A stretch of DNA of 64,000 bases from Paracoccaceae bacterium (GCA_017854585.1 JAFMHK010000004.1:92655-156654); one strand, 5' to 3'; counted from the first letter of the stretch, positions 40,627 through 49,771 are shown. Numbers and translations: made by a program. Notes: a model not told the origin generated them from the sequence alone.

Positions 40627-41034
40627 GCTAAGTCCTTGTCATTACCGAACCTGCGCCAAGCCTAGGCCGCCTTGGTTCGCAATGGCAACCGGCGATGACG
40701 TATGCAGACCGCGCAGCCGACCGTAGATGAGGAAACCCGATCTCCGTAATCCAGATGGCGAAACGGCGGCTGCCGAACATAGCCTCAAAGATACATCGTG
40801 TTTGGAATGATACACATCAGGGCTGAAAGCCCCGTGGTTTACGAGGGTTTTGTCGCTGAAATTGCAGTGGCGGTTGCAGGCAGGCACTGCAATTGTGATC
40901 ATCTTTCAGGCCTCCTATCAGGAAGCAACAGCCCAGAACGTTTTCGGCTGAATGAACAGCGCGGCGTGGGATGCTGCATTCACCGGCTTGTCGGCAAAGG
41001 CTTACCTGCCCCAATCGACGGTGTTTCGGCGCTC

Positions 41035-42177
41035 ATGATTTTAATTCGAAAGGGACCTGCATTGCACATTCATCAAGAACGCCTCGCACGTCTGCGCGCC
41101 AGAATGGCGGAAACCGGTACCGATCTGGTAGCACTTGGGCCAACCAGTCACATGCTTTGGCTTTCTGGCGCCGATCCCCATGGCGACGAACGTCCGGTGA
41201 TGCTTTTGATCAGTCAGGATCATGCGGGCTTTCTCATGCCTGCCCTGAACGCGAACTCGGTGCGACAGGCGACCGATCTGCCGTTCGAAACGTGGACCGA
41301 CGAAGACGGGCCGGCGGCCGCACTGGACCGGTTGCTGGCACACTGCCGCATAACCGGAACGCGCCAAGTTTTAGCTCTGGACGAGGCGATGCGCGTTGAT
41401 TTTGCGCTTTTGCTGCTGGACGTGATGGATGCGCCTGTCCGCAAGTTCACCGACCAGACGCTTGGCCATTTGCGAGCCATGAAGGATGCGGCCGAGCTTG
41501 ACGCGCTTCGCGCCTGTGCAAGTCTCAACGACGCGGCAGCCTCGGCGGGGTTTGCCGCGCTGAGAAACGGAATGACCGAGCTTGATGTGGCAAATGTGAT
41601 CCGTGACTACTACAAATCCCAAGGCGCGAAACCCGAATTCACCATCGTTGCATTTGGCCAGAACGGTGCATTTCCGCATCATCACACCAGCGAAGCGAAA
41701 CTTGCCGATGGCATGGCGGTCCTTATCGATACGGGTTGCCGGACAGGGGGATACCCCAGCGACATGACACGCTGTGGTTGGTTCGGCGATGTCCCTTCAG
41801 AAGACTTTCTTGCGATAGCAGGGATTGTGGAAAAGGCCGTCCAAGCGGCCCTTGCGGTGGTCCGCCCCGGTGTGCGCGCGCGTGACGTCGACGCGGCCGC
41901 ACGCGGTGTGATCGAGGCCGCCGGATACGGCGAATATTTCGTTCACCGGACCGGGCACGGGCTTGGCATCGACATACACGAGCCACCATACATCACAGCA
42001 ACGTCCGATACCGTCCTGCGGGAAGGTCAGGTGTTTTCGATCGAGCCCGGCATCTACTTGCCGGGACGTTTTGGGGTTCGGCTGGAGGACATCGTTACCG
42101 TGACACCGAACGGTGCCGATATCTTCTCGGGGCTTTCACGAGGCATCTGGACGGCAACGCCTCCGAGTTCGGATTGA
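41035..42177 (+). CDS. M24 family Xaa-Pro peptidase
   Basis: HRTGHGLGIDIHEPP, FSIEPGIYLPG and GGYPSDMTR metal-ligand contexts. The start is ATG at 41035 or TTG at 41062 (AAAGGGA upstream). The track extension from 40798 has hand-counted GC3 near 52 percent and is rejected. Confidence 0.85.
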   Translation: MILIRKGPALHIHQERLARLRARMAETGTDLVALGPTSHMLWLSGADPHGDERPVMLLISQDHAGFLMPALNANSVRQATDLPFETWTDEDGPAAALDRLLAHCRITGTRQVLALDEAMRVDFALLLLDVMDAPVRKFTDQTLGHLRAMKDAAELDALRACASLNDAAASAGFAALRNGMTELDVANVIRDYYKSQGAKPEFTIVAFGQNGAFPHHHTSEAKLADGMAVLIDTGCRTGGYPSDMTRCGWFGDVPSEDFLAIAGIVEKAVQAALAVVRPGVRARDVDAAARGVIEAAGYGEYFVHRTGHGLGIDIHEPPYITATSDTVLREGQVFSIEPGIYLPGRFGVRLEDIVTVTPNGADIFSGLSRGIWTATPPSSD

Positions 42178-42249
42178 CCTAGGGGCCGAATCAATCGCGG
42201 CGAAAAGCCCGCGCTTGGCCGATGAGGGTGTCGCCTTTTCACGGCACCG

Positions 42250-43167
42250 CTAGTCCAGCACGATGATGCCTGTGTGCTTCGACTTGTGCTCGGGTTCGAC
42301 ATGGATCGTGACGCGGGTGTCGGGAACAGCCTTGCGGATCGCGGCTTCCACACGATCACAGATTTCATGTGCGTCAAAGACGGTCATGTCACCGTGCACG
42401 ACCAGATGGAATTCGACGAACGTCGCGCTGCCGGCATGACGGGTCCTGAGATCATGCGCTTCGACCGCACCGCCGGCTTCGGTTGATATGGCGTCGCGGA
42501 TGCGGCTGAGCGTCTCTTCAGGCACGGCTTCATCCATCAGTCCACTCAGCGACTCCTTCACCACCCGCGAACCCGACCAGAGGATGTTCACAGCAACGAG
42601 CGCCGCCATCATCGGATCGAGAACCCACCACCCCGTCGCCAGCGCAAGAAGAACACCGATCGCAACACCGCCCGAAGTAAAGACATCGGTCCAAAGGTGC
42701 CTGCCATCCGCAACCAGCGCGGGTGATTTCAGCCGCCGCCCCTGCCGCACCAACACCCAAGCCCAGACACCGTTCAAAGCCGTGGCCACCCCGTTTACGA
42801 AAAGACCTTCGATCGGCGCATCCAACGCCTGCGGATTCAGGAACCCGCCGTATGCCGCCCGCAAGATAAAAAGCGCCGCGACAATGATCATGACCCCTTC
42901 AAGAACCGCGCTGAAGAATTCAGCCTTGTGATGCCCAAAGGGGTGGTTCGCGTCCGCAGGCCGCGCCGCTACATGAATGGCGACAAGCGCGGCAAAGGCG
43001 GTCGCAAGGTTTACCGTGCTTTCAAGTGCATCCGACAGCAGGGCGACCGACCCGGTCATCCACCAAGCCAGTCCCTTGAGCCCAAGGACCATGAAGCCGA
43101 CCAGCAAGCTTCCCGCAGCAATTTTCAGCGTTGCGGACACATGCCCCCCCTTCAGATAATCCGCCAA
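42250..43167 (-). CDS. cation diffusion facilitator (CDF) metal efflux transporter
   Basis: 6 TM helices, LLSDALES and HPFGHHKAEF motifs, and a C-terminal cytoplasmic domain. The start is uncertain (TTG at 43167 or GTG at 43140). Confidence 0.85.
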   Translation of the reverse strand: MADYLKGGHVSATLKIAAGSLLVGFMVLGLKGLAWWMTGSVALLSDALESTVNLATAFAALVAIHVAARPADANHPFGHHKAEFFSAVLEGVMIIVAALFILRAAYGGFLNPQALDAPIEGLFVNGVATALNGVWAWVLVRQGRRLKSPALVADGRHLWTDVFTSGGVAIGVLLALATGWWVLDPMMAALVAVNILWSGSRVVKESLSGLMDEAVPEETLSRIRDAISTEAGGAVEAHDLRTRHAGSATFVEFHLVVHGDMTVFDAHEICDRVEAAIRKAVPDTRVTIHVEPEHKSKHTGIIVLD

Positions 43168-43449
43168 TACATGCCCATCGCCGAAGGCTCAAGGTATTGA
43201 CAATACAATTGATAATCACTCGCAGCATCGCCTTTTCATCAACTAACCGTTAGGACCGGGCGTTGCGTGGCCAAGCGGTCACGCAAGCTGGATCGGGCAA
43301 CCACTGCAGAAGCGTTGGGCCGCGACAGAGCCGTCGAATGGTGATCGCGGCCCCCTTTCCGTCTGTTTAGCCGTGACCGCCACCCCACCGTGCAAACTCG
43401 TGGCTCCATCGTCTCCAAGTTGCAGGTCTTTCAACCGGGACGGATCTTG

Positions 43450-44517
43450 TTACGCCAGTGTCGGGTTCGCCCCTCTGTGGGATAAACGAATGGTGACAAC
43501 CGCACCGACCCACATGAAGAACACCGCCAGAACCGCCGTCATTGACAGGACGGCACCACCCGAAACGCCGGCGCCCACCGCACACCCACCGGCCAACATG
43601 GCACCGAACCCCATCAACACGGCTCCTGCCAAATAGTTCTCCATCGGAGCATCGGGGCCAAATCTCTGAATCTTGAATTCCCGTCTTAGGAACGATGCCA
43701 CAAACGAGCTGGCAAATACGCCCGGCACTAGGCCAACGCCAAAAGACAACGGCAGATTACGTTGTGTGACCAACGCCATCAGCGTGTCGGTTGACGGGCC
43801 GGTGAACGTGACGCTGGAGATGGGAACGATCTCGAACGATATGGCAGCGATCGAGGCGGTCAAACCCCACCCAAGTGCCACTGCGCCGCCAACGCAGACG
43901 CCCGCAATGATCGCGCCCAACGACAGGTCACGACGGCGGGCCATCGCAAGGACGGAAAAAAGCGCAAGCGCCGCTGCGGTTGCCGCGATGCCGGGACCGA
44001 TACCGACAGCGGTCAGGAGGTTGCGCCCGGTGCTTTCGCCGATGGTCCAAAGCCCGGACAGGGCTTCGCGGGCGGGTGCCAATACCCCGCGATACGCGGA
44101 TTGCGCCACCAACGTTACCACCAGCCCAGTCATCAACGCGCGCAGGTTACCGGTTGCCGAAAGAACCAGCAGGCGGCTGGCGCATCCACGCGCAAGGATC
44201 ATGCCCACTCCGAACATCAGTCCGCCGATGACTGCCCCCGAAAGAGAGCCGACGCCAGCCAATTGGCGTGTTTCAGAAACATCGAACAGGCCGAGAGCAA
44301 CCCCCGCCTGCGTCATCGCGAGGGCCGTAAAGAACACGATCAACCAGATCGCCATCCGCGGGCCGAATTGGCCGTCGGCGACCTCGACCGTTGCCGCGCG
44401 CAGGCAAAATCGCGACCGCTGCGCCGCCCATCCAAAGATCACGCCGGTGGCGACCCCGGCAAGGCCGAGCAGCCGCGGCTCTCCCAGCAGGATAAGCAGG
44501 TCTTCCAGCATGGCCAT
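43450..44517 (-). CDS. YeeE/YedE family sulfur-compound (thiosulfate-type) transporter
   Basis: About 355 aa, polytopic, with conserved-Cys loops AQRSRFCLRAA and ILARGCASRLL. The start is ATG at 44517 or 44511; the GGAGG placement favours 44511. Confidence 0.85.
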   Translation of the reverse strand: MAMLEDLLILLGEPRLLGLAGVATGVIFGWAAQRSRFCLRAATVEVADGQFGPRMAIWLIVFFTALAMTQAGVALGLFDVSETRQLAGVGSLSGAVIGGLMFGVGMILARGCASRLLVLSATGNLRALMTGLVVTLVAQSAYRGVLAPAREALSGLWTIGESTGRNLLTAVGIGPGIAATAAALALFSVLAMARRRDLSLGAIIAGVCVGGAVALGWGLTASIAAISFEIVPISSVTFTGPSTDTLMALVTQRNLPLSFGVGLVPGVFASSFVASFLRREFKIQRFGPDAPMENYLAGAVLMGFGAMLAGGCAVGAGVSGGAVLSMTAVLAVFFMWVGAVVTIRLSHRGANPTLA

Positions 44518-44570
44518 GCCTCCGTCATGTCAGGTTGCGGCACCCTAGCTTGCCGCGCACGCGCGCAGCT

Positions 44571-44584
44571 TTGACCGAGGTCAA
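44571..44584 (-). promoter_or_regulatory. CRP/FNR-family type palindrome TTGACCGAGGTCAA upstream of yeeE
   Basis: Perfect TTGAC-N4-GTCAA. Its centre is about 60 nt upstream of the yeeE ATG. TAGGGT lies at the position expected for a -10 element if the box is centred near -41.5. Confidence 0.5.
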
Positions 44585-44915
44585 GATGCCACGAATATGC
44601 AGCGGTGACCCGAAGCGCACGACACCGTTCGGAAGTCGGCCCGCCTGATCAGCCAACTTGGCTTAATCCGATGCCCGATCGTTGGCACGAAGCAGGCGAC
44701 CTTGCTGCGGTGCAGATGGGCAAGCACGGGGTTGCGCCACGACGTCATCGCGCGGTGTTCGACACCTTTGCATGTGCAGCCCCCAAAGTGATCAAGGGCA
44801 CACACAAACGCGCCCAGTCCGCATGCTGCATCGGTAAAACGCCGTCGCCTGCCGCTGCCTGATTACATTCACCGGGCGCAAAACCTCTATCGTCGCTGCG
44901 CCAGACAACAGGTCG

Positions 44916-45350
44916 TTACTCGTTCATCGCATCAAGGATAATACCGTCCAAAAGCGCCTCAACCTCCTGCATGGGACCGTCAGGATAATTGCGGTGGCCG
45001 ATCATCACGCCGCCATCGCGTTCGGCAACGAAGATGCCATAGGGGCAATGGACGATGTTCATGGGATCGGCCTCCATCACGTGGCGCGAGACCGCAGCCG
45101 AGCAGAACAAGAAGATATCGGCCTGATCGAAGATCATCACGTCCGAGCCGACGTCCGCCCCCGTGCGGTTCAGCATCTCGCCGACATGGCTGACCAAGTC
45201 GATGACGAGACCCCGGTTAACGATGGCGTTTTCGACCGCGAAGGTCGCGTCATCAAAGCTGCCGTCATAATCGAATGTGATCGCATCCTGGGCCGCAGCC
45301 ATATGCCCGGTGACCAGTAGAGCAGATGCAAATGCCAGTATTCGTTTCAT
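44916..45350 (-). CDS. DUF302 domain protein with signal peptide
   Basis: 144 aa with MKRILAFASALLVTGHMAAA. FAVENAIVNRGLVIDLVSHVGEML ... IVHCPYGIFV fits my recollection of DUF302. It starts 27 nt downstream of soxF on the same strand. Confidence 0.75.
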   Translation of the reverse strand: MKRILAFASALLVTGHMAAAQDAITFDYDGSFDDATFAVENAIVNRGLVIDLVSHVGEMLNRTGADVGSDVMIFDQADIFLFCSAAVSRHVMEADPMNIVHCPYGIFVAERDGGVMIGHRNYPDGPMQEVEALLDGIILDAMNE

Positions 45351-45377
45351 GATATTTCCTTTGCTGATGAGGGCGGG

Positions 45378-46643
45378 TTACCCGAACATGTCCGACGTAA
45401 TGGCCGTGTACCAATCAATGCTTTCGCGGTAGGTTTGAGCGCGCAACTCGGCGGTTTCATCAAGCTGACTGACGAAGCTGTCGACCGAGACGATGCCCTC
45501 GTCCGAAGCCGCGTAGGTTGCCCCGACCTTGATGCCGTCATCGGTATCAATCAACGACCAGCAGGTATTGGAGAAACGCGCTGGGAAAGCCCGCGCATCG
45601 GTCAGGGCGGCAAGGATCGCATTGGCCGCCACCTTGGCCTGACTATTCGCGGAGAACCCTGATTTGGGCATCGCGCCTTGTGCGGCACTGTCGCCCAGAA
45701 CGTAGATCTCGGGGTCCGCGCGGCTGGACATGTCATAGGCCGAAACGGGGACCCAATCACCGTCGGTGATACCGGCAGCAAAGGCGATGCTGCCCGCGCG
45801 TTGGGCGGGGATCACATTGCAGACATCGACGTTTTCAACCTGACCATCAATGCTGAGGGTCATGGCTTGTGCGTCGACCTCGACGGAGCCACCACCGAAA
45901 TCAGGGCCGATCCGTTGGATCATGCCGGGATAGTGCCGCTCCCACCCATCCTCGAACAGCGCCTGTTTGGAGAAACTCTCCTTTGGGTCGGCGATCAAGA
46001 TGCGGGCGGTTGGATTGGTCTCTCTCAGCATGTGGGCGACCATCGACACCCGTTCATACGGTCCGGGTGGACAGCGGTAGGGGTTGGGGGGCGCAACCAT
46101 CGCAAAGGTGCCTCCCTCAGGCATCGCCGCGATTTGCGCACGCAAAAGTTGTGTTTGGCTACCGGCCTTATAGGCATGAGGCATGGCGTTCTGCGCCGCC
46201 AGCGACCAGCCCGGAACGCTGTCCTCGATGAAGTCGATGCCGGGGGACAGCACCAGCCGATCATAGGGGACCGACCCGCCGCCTGCCAGTCGCACGGTCT
46301 TGGTGTCACGGTCCACGGCGATCGCCCAGTCATGCACGACGTTGATGCCGTAGTCCGCGGCCAATGTGCCATAGGAATGGCCAAGGCTTTCATAGTCGCG
46401 AAAGCCGCCAAGATAGAGGTTGGAGAAGAAACAGGTGTAATAGGCCCGCGTGGGTTCAATCAGCGTGACATCAACCGCCCCTTGGCTATCGTTGGCGATG
46501 TAGCGCGCAGCCGTAGCGCCACCGGCACCGCCACCGACCACCACAACCTGCGGACGACCCTGCGCGGTCAGCACCGCAGGTGCGCAAAGAGATGTCGTGA
46601 TGGCGACTGTGGAACCCAGAAAAATACGCCTGTTGATTGTCAT
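45378..46643 (-). CDS. soxF: flavocytochrome-c-type sulfide dehydrogenase flavoprotein
   Basis: Tat-like signal MTINRRIFLGSTVA. FAD Rossmann VVVVGGGAGGATAARY. 421 aa. Follows soxE. Confidence 0.88.
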   Translation of the reverse strand: MTINRRIFLGSTVAITTSLCAPAVLTAQGRPQVVVVGGGAGGATAARYIANDSQGAVDVTLIEPTRAYYTCFFSNLYLGGFRDYESLGHSYGTLAADYGINVVHDWAIAVDRDTKTVRLAGGGSVPYDRLVLSPGIDFIEDSVPGWSLAAQNAMPHAYKAGSQTQLLRAQIAAMPEGGTFAMVAPPNPYRCPPGPYERVSMVAHMLRETNPTARILIADPKESFSKQALFEDGWERHYPGMIQRIGPDFGGGSVEVDAQAMTLSIDGQVENVDVCNVIPAQRAGSIAFAAGITDGDWVPVSAYDMSSRADPEIYVLGDSAAQGAMPKSGFSANSQAKVAANAILAALTDARAFPARFSNTCWSLIDTDDGIKVGATYAASDEGIVSVDSFVSQLDETAELRAQTYRESIDWYTAITSDMFG

Positions 46644-46720
46644 ATCATTTCCTCCCTTGATGTCCTTTTGTCCTTGCCGGCCCGGGCCGTTCGAACGGCC
46701 ACAACACGGCCAAGCATTCG

Positions 46721-47407
46721 TTACTCGGCAGATGCAAAATACGCAGCCAGAGCAGCGATCTCCTCATCGCCGAGTCGCTGCGCCAAGGCGTTCATAACAA
46801 GGTGTTGACGCGTGCCATTGCGGTAACTCAATAGCCCCGCGATAAAGACCGACGGCGCCAGACCCGCGATTGAGGGAATATCCGTGCCGCCAGCGGCCCG
46901 GTGGCAGGCGGTACATTCCGATGACAGGTAGGCGCCATAAGCAATGTCGCCCTCAATCTCCAAAATGGTGGCAATTTCCGGGTCGATGTCTGTTCCGCCA
47001 GTCTGGGCCGCACCATCCGGCGCCCCCCCTTCGGCGGACAGATATGCAATCAGGGCCGCGCGATCCTCGGATGCGGTGATACCCCGGAATACCATGTTAG
47101 TGCCGGGGAAATAGGCGCGGGGGCCAGCAAGGAACCTGTCCAGCGTCTCGTCGGTCCAGATTTCGCCCTCGGCGCCAGCTTCGGTCAGATCGTCAGAATA
47201 TTCATAACCCGCCGCGCTGCCGATCCGACGCCCGACAAGCCCGTTAAGGTCTGGTCCGACGCGATGAACCGCGCCTTCGCCGATCATGTGACATGCGCGG
47301 CAGGGACGAAACAGCGCCTCTCCCCTGACAACATCGGCCAACGCCGTGATCGGCGTGGCCAATGCCGTCAGCGCAAGCGCGCCAGTGAGTATCTGGCGCG
47401 CCGACAT
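46721..47407 (-). CDS. soxE: diheme c-type cytochrome
   Basis: Two CxxCH sites (CRACH, CTACH) and a signal peptide from ATG at 47407 (MSARQILTGALALTALA). It starts 4 nt after the soxD stop. Confidence 0.8.
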   Translation of the reverse strand: MSARQILTGALALTALATPITALADVVRGEALFRPCRACHMIGEGAVHRVGPDLNGLVGRRIGSAAGYEYSDDLTEAGAEGEIWTDETLDRFLAGPRAYFPGTNMVFRGITASEDRAALIAYLSAEGGAPDGAAQTGGTDIDPEIATILEIEGDIAYGAYLSSECTACHRAAGGTDIPSIAGLAPSVFIAGLLSYRNGTRQHLVMNALAQRLGDEEIAALAAYFASAE

Positions 47408-47411
47408 TCGA

Positions 47412-48461
47412 TCACTCTGCCCCGGTGGCCCGGATATAGGCAATCACGGCAGCAATCTCCTCGTCCGATCGCAGGCCCTGAAATGCCATTCTGTTCCCGC
47501 TTAGAAATCCGCGCGGATCGGCCAGATAGGCGGAAAGGTTTTCGTCGTTCCATACAAGCCCCCCCGCCCCCGCGTCGCTCATCACGGAAGAGTAGCGGAA
47601 CCCTTCGCGGGTGCCTGCGGTCGCCATGTAAATGCCGTTGAGGACGGGGCCAGCCCGGTTCACGGCACCTTCACCAATCTGGTGACAGGTGGAACAGCGG
47701 CGGAAGACATCCTGACCCGCCGCAAGAAGTTCGGGATCAGGGCCGGATGCCTCGGCAGCCGCCTCCTCCACGACGGCCGTCGGCTGCTCTGCCGCGCCGT
47801 CATCCTCGGCGGTATCCGGCGTGACGTCCAGAACCGCGGCGCGCATGGTGATCTCCACGCTCTCAGCGCAGTCAGTCATGCAGGGGTCCTGAATGAAGAG
47901 GGGAAATTCCACTTCGGCCCGATCATCGGGAAAGAACCCATCCTGGTTCGGCATGACGACGTCGGTGAAATTCTCGTTCGAAAGCGTGAAATCATCCTCA
48001 ACCACCTCGTTGAGGTAGAGCAGGTAGGCAACGATCGCGTAAACTTGGTCATCGTCAAGCGACTGGGCAGAGCCATAGGGCATCGCCCGGTGAACGTAAT
48101 CCCACACGGTCGAGAGATACGGCCAGTAAGAGCCGATGGTTTTCACCGGATCCTCACCTTCTAGGGTTCCAAACCCACCAGCCAGAACTGGCCAGCGGCC
48201 CACCGCCTCACCGAAATCACCATGGCAGGCAGAGCAGTAATCGACGAATAGCTCTTCGCCAGTCCACACATCGCCAGAACCCACCGGCAGGCCAAGCCCA
48301 TCGGGGCGAACGTCGATATCCCACGCTGCGATCTCTTCCGGCAGTGCCGTGCGGCCAAGACCGTATCCGCCGTCGAGCGACGGTGCGGGTGTCTCTTGTG
48401 CGATTGCGGTAACGGCTATGCCCATCAGCAGGGCCGAAGCAGATAATGCGACCTTGTTCAT
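47412..48461 (-). CDS. soxD: sulfane dehydrogenase cytochrome subunit SoxD (diheme)
   Basis: CSACH and CSTCH heme sites and a signal peptide. It immediately follows soxC. Confidence 0.85.
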   Translation of the reverse strand: MNKVALSASALLMGIAVTAIAQETPAPSLDGGYGLGRTALPEEIAAWDIDVRPDGLGLPVGSGDVWTGEELFVDYCSACHGDFGEAVGRWPVLAGGFGTLEGEDPVKTIGSYWPYLSTVWDYVHRAMPYGSAQSLDDDQVYAIVAYLLYLNEVVEDDFTLSNENFTDVVMPNQDGFFPDDRAEVEFPLFIQDPCMTDCAESVEITMRAAVLDVTPDTAEDDGAAEQPTAVVEEAAAEASGPDPELLAAGQDVFRRCSTCHQIGEGAVNRAGPVLNGIYMATAGTREGFRYSSVMSDAGAGGLVWNDENLSAYLADPRGFLSGNRMAFQGLRSDEEIAAVIAYIRATGAE

Positions 48462-48464
48462 GGC

Positions 48465-49721
48465 TCAACCCACCTCCACGTTTTCGGCCTGACCGTTTTC
48501 ATCCACGAACCAAGTCTGGATGCTGTTGTTGTGATAGATCGAATTTTCCCCACGAACTTCGCGGAGTTGATCCTTCGTGGGTTGCACATAGCCGGTGGAA
48601 TCATGGGCCCGCGATTGCAGCAGCAGCGGTCGACCGTCCCAGTCAAACTCGTGATAGAACCGGTGCATCGACTTGTCGAAGCTGGGCCCCGACATGCGCG
48701 CCTGCACCCAGTTCACCCCACCATCAAGCGTCACGTCGACCCGTGGGATACTGCCACGGCCAGACCACGCTACGCCGGAAATCACGGTCGGGCCGGGACC
48801 ATGGGTGATCGGCGCTTGCGGCGACGGATTGGTGATGACAGATTTTGCATCCATCTCCCACGTAAAGCGGCGCGCCTGGCCGTTCTCAAGAAGGTCGGTA
48901 TATTTCGACGTCTCTTCCCGATGATGCCAAGGCTGATCGCCCACCTCGATACGGCGCAACCATTTGACCCACATGTTGCCTTCCCAGCCGGGCACGACGA
49001 GGCGGATCGGATAACCCTGTTCAGGACGCAGCCGTTCACCGTTCATGGCAAACGCCACAAGGCAATCATCCAGCGCCTTTTCCATCGGGATAGAGCGGGT
49101 CATCCCGCTGGCATCGGCGCCCTCGGGCAAGATCCAAGTGCCGTTCGTGCGCACGCCCGCCTCTTCCAGCAGAAGTCGAAGAGGGATGCCGGTATAGACG
49201 ACGTTGTGGATCATGCCGTGGGTGAACTGCACACCATTAAGCTGCGCACCGCGCCATTCCATGCCGGTATTTGCCGCACATTCCAGGAAATAGGTCCGGT
49301 TTTCGCGCGGGAACCGCATCAGGTCTTCCATCGTAAAGACCAGCGGGTTGTCCACGAGTCCGTTGATCATCAGCCGGTGCATACCCGGATCGATCTCGGC
49401 GACGCCGCCATGGTGACGCTCGAAACACAGGCCGTTGGGGGTGATGATCCCCTCCAATTCATGGAGCGGCGTGAAGTTGACTGAACTGACGCTGTCGGCG
49501 GTCAGCCAAGGCACATTGCGGCGCACCACGTGCGATTCAAAGGGTGACGGGACACCGTAGGGCGCCGCATCCACGCCCGGCCCAAGATATTGCTGCCAGG
49601 GCTGCAATTCCGTGATCGCCGGATCGGGCGCCACTTGCGCGTGCACCCGTCCAACGGCAAGTCCCGCCCCACCGACAAGACCGGCCTTCAAAAGACCCCG
49701 GCGCGTCGTGCCATTTTTCAT
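48465..49721 (-). CDS. soxC: sulfane dehydrogenase molybdopterin subunit SoxC
   Basis: Tat signal MKNGTTRRGLLKAG (ATG at 49721, 6 nt after GGAG). Sulfite-oxidase-family core (FERHHGG, FLECAANTG, LVVPGWEGN). Confidence 0.92.
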   Translation of the reverse strand: MKNGTTRRGLLKAGLVGGAGLAVGRVHAQVAPDPAITELQPWQQYLGPGVDAAPYGVPSPFESHVVRRNVPWLTADSVSSVNFTPLHELEGIITPNGLCFERHHGGVAEIDPGMHRLMINGLVDNPLVFTMEDLMRFPRENRTYFLECAANTGMEWRGAQLNGVQFTHGMIHNVVYTGIPLRLLLEEAGVRTNGTWILPEGADASGMTRSIPMEKALDDCLVAFAMNGERLRPEQGYPIRLVVPGWEGNMWVKWLRRIEVGDQPWHHREETSKYTDLLENGQARRFTWEMDAKSVITNPSPQAPITHGPGPTVISGVAWSGRGSIPRVDVTLDGGVNWVQARMSGPSFDKSMHRFYHEFDWDGRPLLLQSRAHDSTGYVQPTKDQLREVRGENSIYHNNSIQTWFVDENGQAENVEVG

Positions 49722-49771
49722 GTCCAACTCCTTGAGTTTGCCCCGCAGTCGGACCGCGGGGCTGGGTCTTT

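Noticed and set aside
40720-40960. Partial resemblance to a TPP-riboswitch P4/P5 segment (minus strand AUCUGGAUUACGGAGAUCGGG) and to the SRP RNA GGAAGCA segment (plus strand CAGGAAGCAACAGCC).
   Set aside because: The other obligatory elements are missing: there is no CUGAGA box for TPP and no GGAA-tetraloop hairpin for SRP. The flanking genes (HAD, peptidase) are not thiamine-related.
40798-41034. In-frame upstream extension of the M24 peptidase ORF.
   Set aside because: Hand-counted GC3 is about 52 percent, against roughly 75 percent in neighbouring genes. There are no peptidase motifs. The extension is treated as non-coding spacer.
43168-43449. Search for a small TusA/YeeD-like gene (CPxP motif) downstream of the left yeeE. 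The same search was made at 57730-57977 downstream of the right yeeE.
   Set aside because: Hand translation of the sense-strand frames gives only short, low-GC3 ORFs without a CPxP motif (for example a 56-codon MEPRVCTVGW... frame). No candidate was found.
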